Shown here: piece by piece, positions 1 through 12,409 of the stretch
Layout: every line of letters starts with the position of its first letter
Position numbering within the stretch: position 1 is the stretch's first letter
NCBI RefSeq assembly: GCF_009914755.1
Contig: NC_060927.1
Reading direction: 5' to 3' (one strand)
Length of the DNA stretch: 64,000 nucleotides
DNA from: the human T2T-CHM13v2.0 reference genome, Homo sapiens
Notes under the pieces: generated by a model
Databases searched by the model: none
What the model was told of the DNA's origin: nothing
What the model saw: the letters and a program-made list of their open reading frames with translations, nothing else
Made by a program: the position numbers and the translations under genes

Positions 1-460
1 CAGAGTGATCATGAAAACGATGGTCCAAATGATAAGACAAACATTGTCTATAGGTTTGAGAGAACCCAAGGAGTATTTTTTGGAGGAGGTAGAATTTTAT
101 CTGGACCTCAAAAGGCAGGTAAGACTCAGCTAAGAGGAGTGGAAAAGCCACCTCAGACAAGGAAGCAGATATGGCACAAGTAGATTCCAGTTGGAGAGAT
201 ACATTCAGTTGAAGCCAAGAGTTCATGATAGGGGATAGAAGAAAGAAAGCTGGAAAATAGATAAAGATGCAGGTCTAGAAGGCTAAATAATTTATCCAAT
301 CGAGAGTCATCAAAGATCTTGGAGCAGATAAATACCATGATGATAAATACTGTGTCTAAATATGGAAGTGAAGGGGAGAAAAGGAATTCAATATAACTTT
401 TTGAATATGGATAATGAGAAAAATGGTGTCAGTGACAGAAACAGAGATGTTAGATTGAGA
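1..460 (-). mobile_element. Degenerate L2 LINE fragment
   Basis: Purine-rich tract resembling antisense L2 (ggaggaggtagaattttatctggacctcaaaagg...); boundaries approximate. Confidence 0.45.
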
Positions 461-574
461 AGTTTTTTCCCCATACCAAACTTATGCATGTTTTCATTTG
501 AGATTCTCTTCATTTTGGATTTAATTAATTGAAAGATGTTCTCCAAACTCTAACCTTAACTAAGTACCATTTAG

Positions 575-1450
575 CCCAGCTACACGATTGACATTCTCAC
601 TTGAATTTCTAAAGCACCTATCAATTTTAGTTCTACCTAAGAGAGGTCTTAAATCCCACCCCCTGCCAATTATTCTTTCCGGAGTCTTCCTCGTGTTAGT
701 AGACGTCATCAATCCATCAACAAAAACTCTTGGCTCCATTTAAAAAATATATTTCACATCTGTTTACTTCTTTTCATTTCTACCATTTTTCACCTTGGTC
801 TAAGCCACTGTTATCTCTAGCTTTGATTATTATGAAATCTTGTTCTACTTGAGCTCCTCTATAATTTATAAAAAACTCAGAGTAGTGCTATGAAAATATG
901 AAATGGGTTGTTTAAATCTCCATATCAAAATCTCCAGTAGCCTCCTACTGCATTTAGAACAAAATTCACTCTTTTTCATGGTCCATTAGGTTCTACATGA
1001 TTGACCCTATTCTTATCTATGACTTCTCCCAGCTTTACCCCATCTCTCTATGCTCTTGCCACATTGCCCTTCTAGAGTAGGTTAAGATATTTCCTTTCTT
1101 GAGGCCTTTGCTCCTGTTGATCCCTCATGCTGGAATTCTCTTCCTCCAGGCCTTTGCATAGCTGGTTCCTCTAGTCACTAAGCCTTAGCTCAGAGGTCAC
1201 CTCCTCACTGACATTCACTTATAAGTAGCCCTTCCTCACTGGCCTCCCCAACACTTTCTATTACAACACTCTGTCTTATTTCATAGCATGCACCACTAAT
1301 CTTATTTATTCAGTTATTTGATTATCGCTGCCTCCTTATCCCAATGCCATCCCTTGAGAGGGGATCTAGTCTGCATGGTTTAGTCCTCTATGCCTTCAGT
1401 AGTGTCTGGCATACAGTCAGCTCTCATTTAATATTTGTTAAATGAGCAAA
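575..1450 (+). mobile_element. L2 LINE 3' portion
   Basis: L2-type gacattctcacttgaatttct... through the typical 3' end agtgtctggcatacagtcagctctcatttaatatttgttaaatga. Confidence 0.7.
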
Positions 1451-2274
1451 CAAAGTCTCTCTCGTATAAGTCAATATAATTCTAGCTATGAGAAATTCCT
1501 GTTCTGTGCTAGTCTTGAGGATGTGAAAATATGAGGGGAAATTAACATTTTTCAGCAAGCACTGCTAGAGATCCAGGAGTTTCCCCCTCACAATGGAAAA
1601 TTTAAACCATGAAGGAAAATAAATGAAGGTTAAATACTAGAAGATATTTGTGGACAGTTATGCATTCATTCCACAGGCTCTGTAAGCCTGTAAACAATCA
1701 GGAGTTTATACCACATCTTAGCTGGTGTTCCGCTGCTTTCTATAGAATGGGAAGAAAATGTAGCTTGTCTATCACAGCAGGACTGGTGGCTTGAAAGGCA
1801 GCAGGATTTGTGTTTTCAGGTGTGACAGACTCTCTCACCCTCAGCTCCCAGAGGGCAGAGACCAAGGACCACATAACCACCAAAGCCAATGATCTGACCT
1901 CTGGAGGATTGACAGGCTCCAGGATGAGTAATGAGTTAGGCCCGGCAGATTATACAGTGCCCCTGAGATGAAGAAAACAGAACAAGGATGAATGAGTGCC
2001 TGTGGGAAAAGAAGTGTATCGGCTCTCACACAACCACCGTGCCCTGCGTGACTGGCTTAAACAGAAATCTGGCAGCAAGAGAGGGAACTAAAGGAAGTTA
2101 AAAAAAAATAGCAGGCAATCTCCTCCCTTTTCATTCTTTAACTTTCTGATGAGAGAATAAAATGCTGCTACCAGATGTAGCATGTGCTGGCATTAATTAT
2201 CTCATTCTTCCATCATCAAGAAAGAATCAATTCATATCATCGTTAGCGTGAGACCACTTCAGAGAAAGCAGGAT

Positions 2275-2490
2275 GTTGCTGTAATTAATCGTTCAAGCTC
2301 TGGATTCCACACAGACCTGGACTCAAATTATGGTTGTTATCATTTAGGGCCATGACACCTTTTACAACAGGAACATTTTACTACCACTACATGAGGTTAT
2401 GTAAGGAAAACATAGACAGTTCATGTGAAATGTTTAATTTAGCACTTGGACCACAGAGCTCTCAATAAATACTAATAAAATATAAAATTA
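2275..2490 (+). mobile_element. MIR SINE
   Basis: acagacctggactcaaat ... gaggttatgtaagg ... ctcaataaat, MIR core and 3' end pattern. Confidence 0.6.
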
Positions 2491-2809
2491 CTATTTTATT
2501 ATCTAATCTATGTTTTTTCTCCCCCGCCCCTCCCATAAAAACCAAGTAGTCTAAATAAACATAAATTGTCTGCACAAGAAAAATCTATCTGATGATGTTC
2601 TGAATTTGGAAGAAATTGAGGAACTTCAAAAAGTAATTATTCTATATTTAAAATATGTGTAGTTCTAGCAAGCCATTCCCACCACCATTACCAAGCATAA
2701 GCTACAGAATTTAATCATTAAGGGTAATCACCAAGTAGTTAAATAGTGAATGAATAAGTAAAATTTTAGAATTAAATATAAACTTTTATTCCAATGCAAC
2801 TTACTGTTG

Positions 2810-3097
2810 TTATTTTCCATTCACAAGTTTGGCAAAAAATAAAAAGCTGAATAATAGCTTTTGATAACAATAATGTATATGGAAATGTGCTTTCTAATAC
2901 AGTATTGTTGGAGGCATAAATAGATACAAACTATTTGGAGGACAGTTTCTCAATAACTGCCAAACTCTTTAGAAACATTTCCCATTAGATCCAATAATTC
3001 CATTTCTAGGAGCTCACCCTAAGAAAATAACAAAAGAGTTTCACAAAGATATATATATGAGTTTCTCATTTTTGGATTGTTTCTAACAATACCTGCT

Positions 3098-3149
<52 letters not shown>

Positions 3150-3490
3150 CTCAACTGTTAATCATTTGAGACTTGGCTAAATAAATGATAAATATTTTAT
3201 AGACACTAAAAATGATATGTAGATAAACATTGACATTAAAATGCTTACGAAGGGTTATTTGTTTAAAATTGTTATAAAATAATTTATAGTATAATCTAAT
3301 TTTTCCTAAAAATAATTATTTTTATGTATAGAACAGAAAAGCACTTGAAAAGATATCCTACAAAATATCAACTCCTGTTATTATTTGGCTATAGGATTAT
3401 AGTTTACCTTTATTTTCTTTATACTTTGGTGTTTTAAAAACATTTTATGATGTCCAATTATTTTCCATAATAATAAATCTATTTTAAAAA
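2810..3490 (+). mobile_element. Old L1M (L1ME-like) 3' fragment
   Basis: gatccaataattccatttctaggagctcaccctaagaaaataa resembles the L1 ORF2 C-terminal region, followed by an AT-rich 3'UTR. Confidence 0.6.
3100..3145 (+). repeat. (CA)23 microsatellite
   Basis: Direct reading. Confidence 0.97.
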
Positions 3491-4879
3491 CTTAATAGAC
3501 TATGAAAAAATATTTTATATAGAAGTAGTATCTAGGTCTTAACATTTATAACATATAGGACCTTTAAATTATATTGAGTCTCTTGGGAAGTTTCTGTGGA
3601 TAAGTTAATATTTTCCTAAACTTAGAAACATGGCAGCAGTTCTTTACTATATGAATCACTGAATAAAAAGAGACTAGAAAGGCATCATGATGACACTAGA
3701 AATTACCGTGCTAACATGGTCCGTGGAATCATTTTTCCTTGGAGTACTATCAGCATTTGCTTGTAGCCTCTTGCTTTGTCTTATCAGTAAAATCAATGGT
3801 ATAGTATTAAATTATTTTTTACCCATTATCACTTGACCAAAATATTGGCTCGACCAAAATAAGGCATTAAAGTATATGCTGCTTCAGCACTTGGTGGGAA
3901 TGATGCTCCTTGTTTGTTTTCAGTATGTTTGTGAAGCAAAGTCATCTAGTTTTCTGTGACCATTTCTCGTCTCATAAATGTCAAAAATAAATGCCAGTGT
4001 CCTGAAAGCATGCAAGTAGAAACCATGATAGTGAGAACATTTTGAAAACCTACAGTTGTAACTACAAGATGTAATTCAAAACAAAAGAAGCAAGAAAAAA
4101 TAGGATAATTTGCAAATAAATATTTTTAAGACTCAATATTGAAAACCCTTTTCTTCGTTTTTTAAAACCAATGAGAGCTTTAAAAAGTACTGTATTGTTT
4201 CCCACTACAACTTACATCATCACTAGCACTTATAGTGTAAAGAACACCTGCCTCTTGCCTGCCCTGGGTATTACTGAGGTTATAGCAGGCACTGAAAGAA
4301 AACTCAGATTTTGGCAATAAAAAACATGTTTTACTTGAGTTCTTTTTCTTCTTCCTTCCAAGTCAATGTGTATTTAGCTAATAATTTTGAGACCATTTTG
4401 GACTGAATAGAATAACCTTTAAGCCAAATGTACAGCTTATTTCATGGTATGTTTAGAATCAGGTCTATACTGCCAAAGTGAGAAAGAACTTTGGATAAAT
4501 CTGAGTAGTACAGACAGCTCCTCTGGAAACTTCTAAAATAGGTTTCCTTGTCTGTCTAAAATTACTTGAATTATCAGAAATTGTTCATTTGCACATCTTT
4601 GTGTTTCAGAAAACCAACTGAATTTGTTTTTTAAAACCCCCCATTTAGTTGGAATCTGTTGACCGAAATAATACATTGAAAAATATGGTGACACATAGTG
4701 GAAGAATCTTCACCACTCAAAACTACTTGAGTTCTCTCTCTGTGACAGGAAATACCAAGCAAGTTTTAAATGAATTCCAAGGCAATGCTTAAAGCCAAAG
4801 CATAGTGGAAAATATATAAGAGCTATTCAATAAGTATTTATTAATGTCTGTATCTATATTAATCATGTAAAATATATTA

Positions 4880-5150
4880 GCATATTATATTAGTAACCAG
4901 CTAAATCTGTACCACACACTTACTCCATGTTAGTCCTCATGCTAAATGCTTTATTCCATTTAACCCTACATAATCTAGTGAGAGATATATTATTATTATC
5001 TTTATTTACAGCTGAGAAAACATACAGAATTTAGGAAGCATACACAAGGTCAGATAGATCAGTATAGGATTAGGTCAGGATTTGATCCCTTAATAGGCTT
5101 TGAAATCCCAGTCTGATTTCAGAGCCTAACTTTTAGTCACTATGCTATAA
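4880..5150 (-). mobile_element. MIR SINE
   Basis: attattatctttatttacagctgagaaaac ... aaggtca ... tctgatttcagagcc matches antisense MIR core. Confidence 0.65.
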
Positions 5151-5539
5151 TTCCTATAGCAGTAGCAGGCATTGAGCGAACTACAAAGAAGTTAAAGGCA
5201 TGATCGCAACTCCATAGAATTTCCTTTTCCAAATAAAGTGACTACCTAGAAAGAATGGACTGAGAAGAGTGCCGGTTCACTTTGGGAAGGAACTGAATTT
5301 TCTGTATTCCAAAGGTTGGTTTGCTAATAATAGAAAATCCCGAGAAATTCTCCCCAAAATAAACTCCTAAACTAATAAGTGAGTTAGGCAAGGTTATAAG
5401 CTAAAGGGTAAAAGTACATAATCAAGTATATTTCTATGTTCTATCAATGAACGCTGAAATTAAACAATACCATTTACATTGCACTCCAGTGAAAATTATA
5501 TACTTAAGTATACAATTAACAAGACATGCACAGGATCTA

Positions 5540-5580
5540 TTAGGTTGGTGCAAAAGTAATTGTGGTTTTTGCCATTGAAA
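5540..5580 (+). mobile_element. Half MADE1 (Hsmar1 mariner MITE; single TIR plus spacer)
   Basis: ttaggttggtgcaaaagtaattgtggtttttgccattgaaa is the Hsmar1 TIR; preceded by TA (5538-5539); second arm absent. Confidence 0.9.
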
Positions 5581-5729
5581 GGAATTTTTTTTATGCTGAA
5601 AATTTAAAAATTCAGATGAAATAAATCAATGACTTACACAGAAAGACATACTTTGTTCGTGCATTGGAAGATTCATTTCTCCCGCATTGATGTGCAGTTT
5701 TAAAGAAAAACCATTATAATAAAAACCCT

Positions 5730-6050
5730 GGCTGGGCACTGTGGCTCATGCTTGTAATCTCGGCACTTGGGGAGGTCGAGGCGGGCGAATCACTTGAGGT
5801 CAGGAGTTCGGGACCAGCCTGGCCAACATGGTGAAACCCCATCTCTACTAAAAAATACCAAAAAACTACCCGGGCCTGGGGGCGCAGGCTTGTAGTCCCA
5901 GCTGCTGGGGAGGCTGAGGGAGAATTGCTTGAACCCAGGCAGCAGAGATTGCGGTGAGCCGAGATCGCGCCACTGCACTCCACCCTGGGCGATAGAGACT
6001 CCATCTCGAAAACAATAAGATAAAATAAAATTAAAATTAAAAAAATAAAA
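5730..6050 (+). mobile_element. AluS (Sx/Sz-like), full length
   Basis: Dimeric Alu with A-rich tail; TSD aataaaaaccct (5718-5729) / aataaaaacact (6051-6062). Confidence 0.95.
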
Positions 6051-7732
6051 AATAAAAACACTAACAAGTTTTTTTGTAAAAATAGAGATTATTATGAAAT
6101 ATGAATATGAAATGGCAAAAGAATTGGAATAGCTACAGCAGTGTTGAAAAAGATAAATAAAATGAGAGGAATTGGTCTACCCAATTTTAAGACATATTCT
6201 ATACCTATAATAATCATGACTGTGAGTAATGTAGAGGATAGATAGATAAATTGAAACAGAATAGAAAACCCAGAAATAGACTCATACAAATATGGCCAAT
6301 TGACTTTTGCTAAATGTGCTAACTATTTCAATGGAGGAAAGACAGTGTTTTCAAAAAATAGTCCCGGAGCAGTTGGATATTTTTAGGAAGAAAATAAACC
6401 TCAACCTAAGTCTCATACCTTATATAAAAATAAACTTAAAATAGATCATGGCCATAAATTAAAACATAAAATTATAAGAATTATATAAAAACATAGAAGG
6501 AAATCTTTGGAATCTAAACCTAGACAAAGAGTTCTTAGACTTGATACCAAAATCACAATTTATAAAGGAAACCACTGGTACACTGTACCTCACCAATGTT
6601 CAAAACTTTTGTTCTGTGAAAGACCTTGTAAAGAGGATGAAAAGACCTACTAGAGACTGGGAGAAAATATGTGTAAGCCACATATCTGACAAAGGATCCA
6701 TATCTACATGTATAAATAACCCTCAAAACTAAACAGTAATAAATAAATAAACAAACAAACCAAAAAATCCAGTTAGAACATGGGCAAAGGGTATAAAGAC
6801 CCATTCACTGAAGATACAAAGATACACAGATGGAAAATAATCACATGGAAAAATATTCGACTTCATTTGTCATTAGGGAAATACAAATTAAAGCCACAAT
6901 GAGATATCACTACCTGCCTCTTAGAATTATAAAAATATAAGAGTAGTGACAATGCAAAATGCTGGCAAGGGTATAGAGAAACTAGATCACTCACGTATTG
7001 CTGGTGGGAATGTAAAATTGTCCAGCCACTACGAAAAAGTTTGACAGTTTCTTCTAAAATTAAAAATGTGCTTATCATACAACCCATAAGTTATACCTTT
7101 GGGAACCTTTTGGGAATTTATCCCAAAGAAATAAAGACTTATGTACACAAAAAACCTCTACTGAATGTTTACCACAAATATATTCATATTAACCCAAAAC
7201 TGGAAACAACCTAGATGTTCCCTCAACAGGTAAATGGTTAAACAAACTGTGATACAATCATAGCACAGAGTACTCAGAAGAAAAAAAAAGGAGGTGGGGG
7301 GAACATTGCTGATACACATGACAGTCTCAATGAATCTCCAGAAAATTAAACCAAGTGAAAAAAAATCAGTTTCTAAGGTTATATACTGTATGACTCCATT
7401 CATATAACATTTTTAAAATGACAATACAATAGAAATAAAGAACAAATTACTATAATTACTTTTCAGGGATTAAGGAGTTGAATGGGGTAAGAGGGAAGTG
7501 GGTGTGGCTGTAAGAAGCAACATGAGGAATCCCTGTTGTGATGTAAATGTTCTATATGTCTATTGTATCAATGTCAGTATTCTGATTGTGATATTACAGT
7601 ATAGTTTTGTGAGATGTTAACATTGGGGAAAACTGGATAAAGGGTAGATTGAACTTCTCTGTGTCATTTGTTACAACCACACACGAATCTATAATTATCT
7701 CAACATTAAAAGTTTAAGAAACAATAGAACAA

Positions 7733-7981
<249 letters not shown>

Positions 7982-9149
7982 AATAATTATTTTTAAAGAA
8001 AGGAGTACAGCATTGGACATAAGTTCTTGTCCAGTAACACCACTCAGAAGCCATATGACCTTGGGTATTAACTTTCACAACCAAAGATTTCTAATGTCTA
8101 AACGTGTAGATTAGATAAGTTGATTTTTGAAATTGTGTTCCAGTTATATAATTCTTCCATGGTATTTTATTTCCTAGAAAAGAGTGTTTCTGTAAAATAT
8201 ACTTTTCTCCACACAACTGAAATAAAGTACATGGGAATTATTTTAAATCCAGGAAAACAGTCATACCCAAGCGTAAAGATCTTGCACTTAAAAAAGACCA
8301 ATCTGTTTGCTTATTAATGAAAAAATCTCTAAAAAGGGTCTTCAACCCAGCACAAGACAGCATTTTCCCAAAATATTAGATATGAGAGACTGGTTTAAGA
8401 TTAAATTATAAACCTCTACCTTTTCAGCCCATTAGAGAACTAAAGAAATATTTCCTTTCTAGCTATTTTTGATGTTTTCAGAAAGCCAAACTTTTCCCAT
8501 GCCCTATTTCTCAGGGAGGGGGAATAACCCACATATGTATGGCAGGTCCTTTAATTCACTTTAGCTTCAGCAATGTTGGGTTTGGCTTAGTTGTTAGAAC
8601 TAACATGTTTACATGACATTTGGGGCACACTTCTGCTCTTCTGTCTGTCACCAGCTGATGGACTCCGAGACAGTCTGGATAAGAACCCATTACTCTTACT
8701 GGAAGCTAGTCTGTCTATATTACCTTCACACATGGTTTCTTAAAAGTCATTTTCTCTATTAAAAATCTGCAAAATATCTTGAAGGAACTTTAAAGAAGTA
8801 GAATTGTTATTTAAATACCACATGGCTCTTAAATTCACAAACAGTTACTATTCTGAGTTCAAATTACATAGGCACTGTTATATACAAAAAAAATAGCATG
8901 AAGGAATTCCATGTATACAATGCATACCTGGTTATGTATACATGGAACTATGGACTAGATGAGGAAATTGATACTCTTGTTATTCCAACCAACTATGAAA
9001 AACATCCTACATTTTAAATGTAAAACTGGGGCCCATGGGCTGTCTTTAAAAAAAAAAAGTTAGGATATTGGAGGACTGTGTGAAGATTTTTGAAACTTAT
9101 CATACTTGAATTCTTTTCAGAAATTCAAAGAGTATGCAGAGTTACAGCT

Positions 9150-9350
9150 TGCTTACATTCGTTACAGCATTTATTTATTATAAATTTGTATTGGAACCTG
9201 CCATGTATCATGTACTGTCTAAGTGCTAAGGAGAGATACAAATAGGCAATTACCTTAACACAGAGTATTAATTCTATGATGGTGGTGAGTACTAAAGTGC
9301 TATAGGAGGACAGGAAATGATCTAACCCAACCTTGAGAAGAGTTTTCACA
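9150..9350 (-). mobile_element. L2 3' end fragment
   Basis: atttattataaatttgtattggaacctgccatgtatcatgtactgtctaagtgct resembles the antisense L2 terminus. Confidence 0.5.
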
Positions 9351-9730
9351 TGCATACTACTGCTTTTTAATCTCAGACTCCCATGTGAACAGCAACATCC
9401 TGTTTTTCATGTTATGAATATCAGACGGGTTCCAGTGTTTCTAATAGCTGGGTTACTGATACATCCAGAAATCTTCTGTTAACAACTGACAAGTCAAATT
9501 CAGACTACCTGGTGCCAAGCAGCCCAGCTCACTTGTCAATATCGTTTATGTAACCTTGACTTTTCATGACAGAGTGGAGGTAAGAATAGACCCACCACCA
9601 AATGGTCATCTATACAGTATGTAATACAGGCTCAGCAGAAGTCTGGCCCCCAGGCTTCTCTGTGGGATGTTCACCTACATAACTTTACTTCTCCTCCTAA
9701 TAACTCTGGCCTTGTGAGTTTTTCCTTCCT

Positions 9731-9818
9731 TCTCTAATAAACTAAGCCAATAGTTTCACTGAATTTATTCTGAACCCGGTTACATGACAAGTGAAAACTC
9801 AACTGTACTCCTTTGCAA
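9731..9818 (+). repeat. 88-bp dispersed direct repeat, copy 1 (unique-sequence donor)
   Basis: 84/88 identical to 12501-12588 by manual alignment. Confidence 0.95.
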
Positions 9819-10783
9819 AACAGGCTTCCTGGGTGACGTTGAAATGGAAATCACATGATAGTATGTCAAAGGTTTTTCCCCAGATTTTTCTGACACAAGA
9901 GAGTTGGAGTGAAACTGAGAATTCTCATGGACAGATTGACCTTAGGTTCCCCATGTAAGCTCAGCTCTCTCCACTCCAGACTGCTGGACTGTGTTAGTGT
10001 CTGGTTTGTCTGATGTGATTATGAACCCCCTGGGCAAGACTTTGCCTAATTCTATGTTCTCTACAGCACCTAGCAATGGTGTTGGCACCATCCAGTGCCA
10101 AAGGACGCTCAATCTCTGTTAACTAATAATAGGATTGACTTCTCAACTCAACATGATGAGGTTTCTGTCATCTTTATGCCAGTGTTTTTTTCTGATGTGT
10201 ATTTCTATTTGTGTCTGGAGAGCAAGCTTCATGTGTTACTGATTCACCCCTGGGCTGATCTTCTTTTCAGGAAATGTAGGCATGAAGTTGAGATTTTTTC
10301 AACCACAAGTTTTGGGAACACGGACTGCTGAAATATGCTAGGTTACATGAAGGGGAAATGTTTTTGAAAGCATTGCTTTTATTTTTTTAGCAGTCATGGG
10401 GATCTTTGTGAGCCAAGGATGCAGACTGGTTAGCAGATGTGATTATAAAGCCAGCAGGTCCCTTCAATGCAAATGTTTCATTTTAGTTTCTCCATTCCTA
10501 AGGAAAACAGTCAGCTTTTTGTTCAATTGACAAGTCTTTTTAATGGTATTTCTTTAATTATACTTCTTGTTTGCTCTAGTACTGAATTATTAATTAAATT
10601 TTCCTCATGTTAAATGAGCCATTGTATTGATCTTTGTAGTCATAAATCAGATGTTACATATGACATTTTATAGCACAAATATAACAAATGATTTTTCTGT
10701 GTAATTTCATCTTAATTCAACTGAAGGTGGAAAATGTCTTCATAAAAAGAGGACTCTTTGTTATATGGGTTTTTCTCTTGCAT

Positions 10784-11316
10784 GTAAAAGAGGAAGGCCT
10801 CTTTGCAGTTGAGATAACAGGAAGGCATCTGTCTCCTGCTCGTTCCTGTGCAATGGAATGTCTAGGTGTAAAACCCGATTATATTTTCCATCTACTGAGA
10901 TAGGAGAAAACCACCTTAAGGCTGGAGGTGAGATGCTGGCGGCAATACTGCTCTTTAATGCGTCGAGATGTTTATGTCTGTGCACATCAAAACACAGCAC
11001 CTTTTTCTTAACCTTGTTTATGACACAGAGACATTTGTTCACGTGTTTTCCTGCTGACCTTATCCCCACTATTACCCTATTGTCCTGCCACATCCCCCTC
11101 TCCGAGATGGTGGAGATAATGATCAATAAATACTGAGGGAGCTCAGAGACCGGTGCCAGCGCACAGCGCGGGTCTTCCGTATGCTGAGCGCCGGTCCCCT
11201 GGGCCCACTTTTCTTTCTCTATACTTTGTCTCTGTGTCTCTTTCTTTTCTCAGTCTCTCGTCCCACCCAACGAGAAAGACCCACAGGTGTGGAGGGGCAG
11301 GCCACCCCCCCCTTCA
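10784..11316 (+). mobile_element. HERV-K(HML-2) LTR5 (LTR5A/B-like) solo LTR, 5'-truncated
   Basis: gaggaaggcctctttgcagttgagat..., ggtgtaaaacccgatt, gatcaataaatactgaggga, terminal ggaggggcaggccacccc..ttca are LTR5 hallmarks. Confidence 0.9.
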
Positions 11317-11319
11317 TCT

Positions 11320-12260
11320 TCATTTTACATTTCTTTTAGCATGCTTTGTAATTGGCCTTTAGTGTAAGATTTTAGGCTAATCTGGCTAGGGGTTGGGCTG
11401 TGTTTAATGTTTTCTGTACTTGTACATACCAGAGGTCGCAAACCCCTCTATATATATTGCTTGTCTCCCCTGTGTTTTTTTTTTTTTTTTTTTTTTGGTT
11501 TCCGTAAGAACTCCTCCTCAGAGAGAGTCTGTGTCTTGTGCCTCTTTCAGCTATAATTCTTTGTTATACTGTGTTCTGTTGGTGTGTTGGTGTGTTGGTA
11601 AGGTGTTGGGGAGGGGGAAGGACCATTCTATAATTTTACAATTAAATCTCAGTCTTTACATGGGCCTGTGTCACTCAGCTGTGACCTTAACAAGTATTTC
11701 TTAGCTTTACTCGCCACTTATATGAAACAAGGTGGCTAGAAAGAGCTAGAGAGGAGTAGATGCTTTTTTCCCAGTTGGGATAAGGCTCTAGTAATATCTT
11801 TTACCTTGGAGGGTGAGCCTTTGTATGGTGATTGCTTTGGGTAAGTCACTTTTTTCCCCTTGTGCCAAAGCTACAAGGGGATCTTTCTTGACTCTACCGT
11901 AAGAGTCTAGTGGAGTTCCTGAAGGTAAAGCCCAAGAAAGTGGTTGGAGGGTGGTGGAGCTAACACTGTATTCCTTAGGAGTTTCTCATCCATATGCTTA
12001 TCCACACTCAGCATGTACAATTCATCAAGTTTGCCATATAAGTGTTGCTATAAATTTATTGCTGGGACTTCTGCTCCAGGCAAGCAGATCTTGGTAGTAA
12101 CTCTGAATTTACCTGGTTTGCAGGTGACAATTCAACATGTGACCTCAGGCCTCTACTGGGCCTGAGAAAGGTCATGGGGTTCAGTATGTTTAATTTTTAT
12201 CTTATAATGACAGGAGTGAAAACTTCCAATTTCTTGACATGTTGGAGCTGAAACATTATA
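11320..12260 (-). mobile_element. Old L1M 5' region (L1MC/L1M4-like 5'UTR)
   Basis: ggggaaggaccattctataattttacaattaaatctcagtctttacatgggcctgtg resembles antisense L1M 5' ends. Confidence 0.55.
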
Positions 12261-12409
12261 TGACATTTCACAGGTAAAAATAAATTTGATAAGGGGGTTG
12301 AAGCATCACTACAAACAATTGGACTACAGTTTATTTAAAAATGTCTTGAAAACCAATTTCCAATGATGAAGTTAAGTGGATAGGGCAATTGAAATGAATA
12401 GCAGAGCTT

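Larger units (their letters stand above)
5325..7720 (+). mobile_element. L1MC/L1MD-like LINE, 3' ORF2 plus 3'UTR, interrupted by a MADE1 half and an Alu
   Basis: Degenerate ORF2 peptides (6541-6732 NFCSVKDLVKRMKRPTRDWEKI); 3' end ggggaaaactggataaagggta...ctataattatctcaa. Confidence 0.8.

Noticed and set aside
5714-6067. Alu-derived ORFs (also 37555-37874, 38437-38637, 54180-54745)
   Set aside because: Antisense Alu translations, a common artefact, not genes
10737-10782. tcttca at 10737-10742 or tcttgca at 10776-10782 as LTR5 TSD partner of 11317-11322
   Set aside because: The first is 41 bp from the LTR edge and the second is imperfect; 6-mers match by chance
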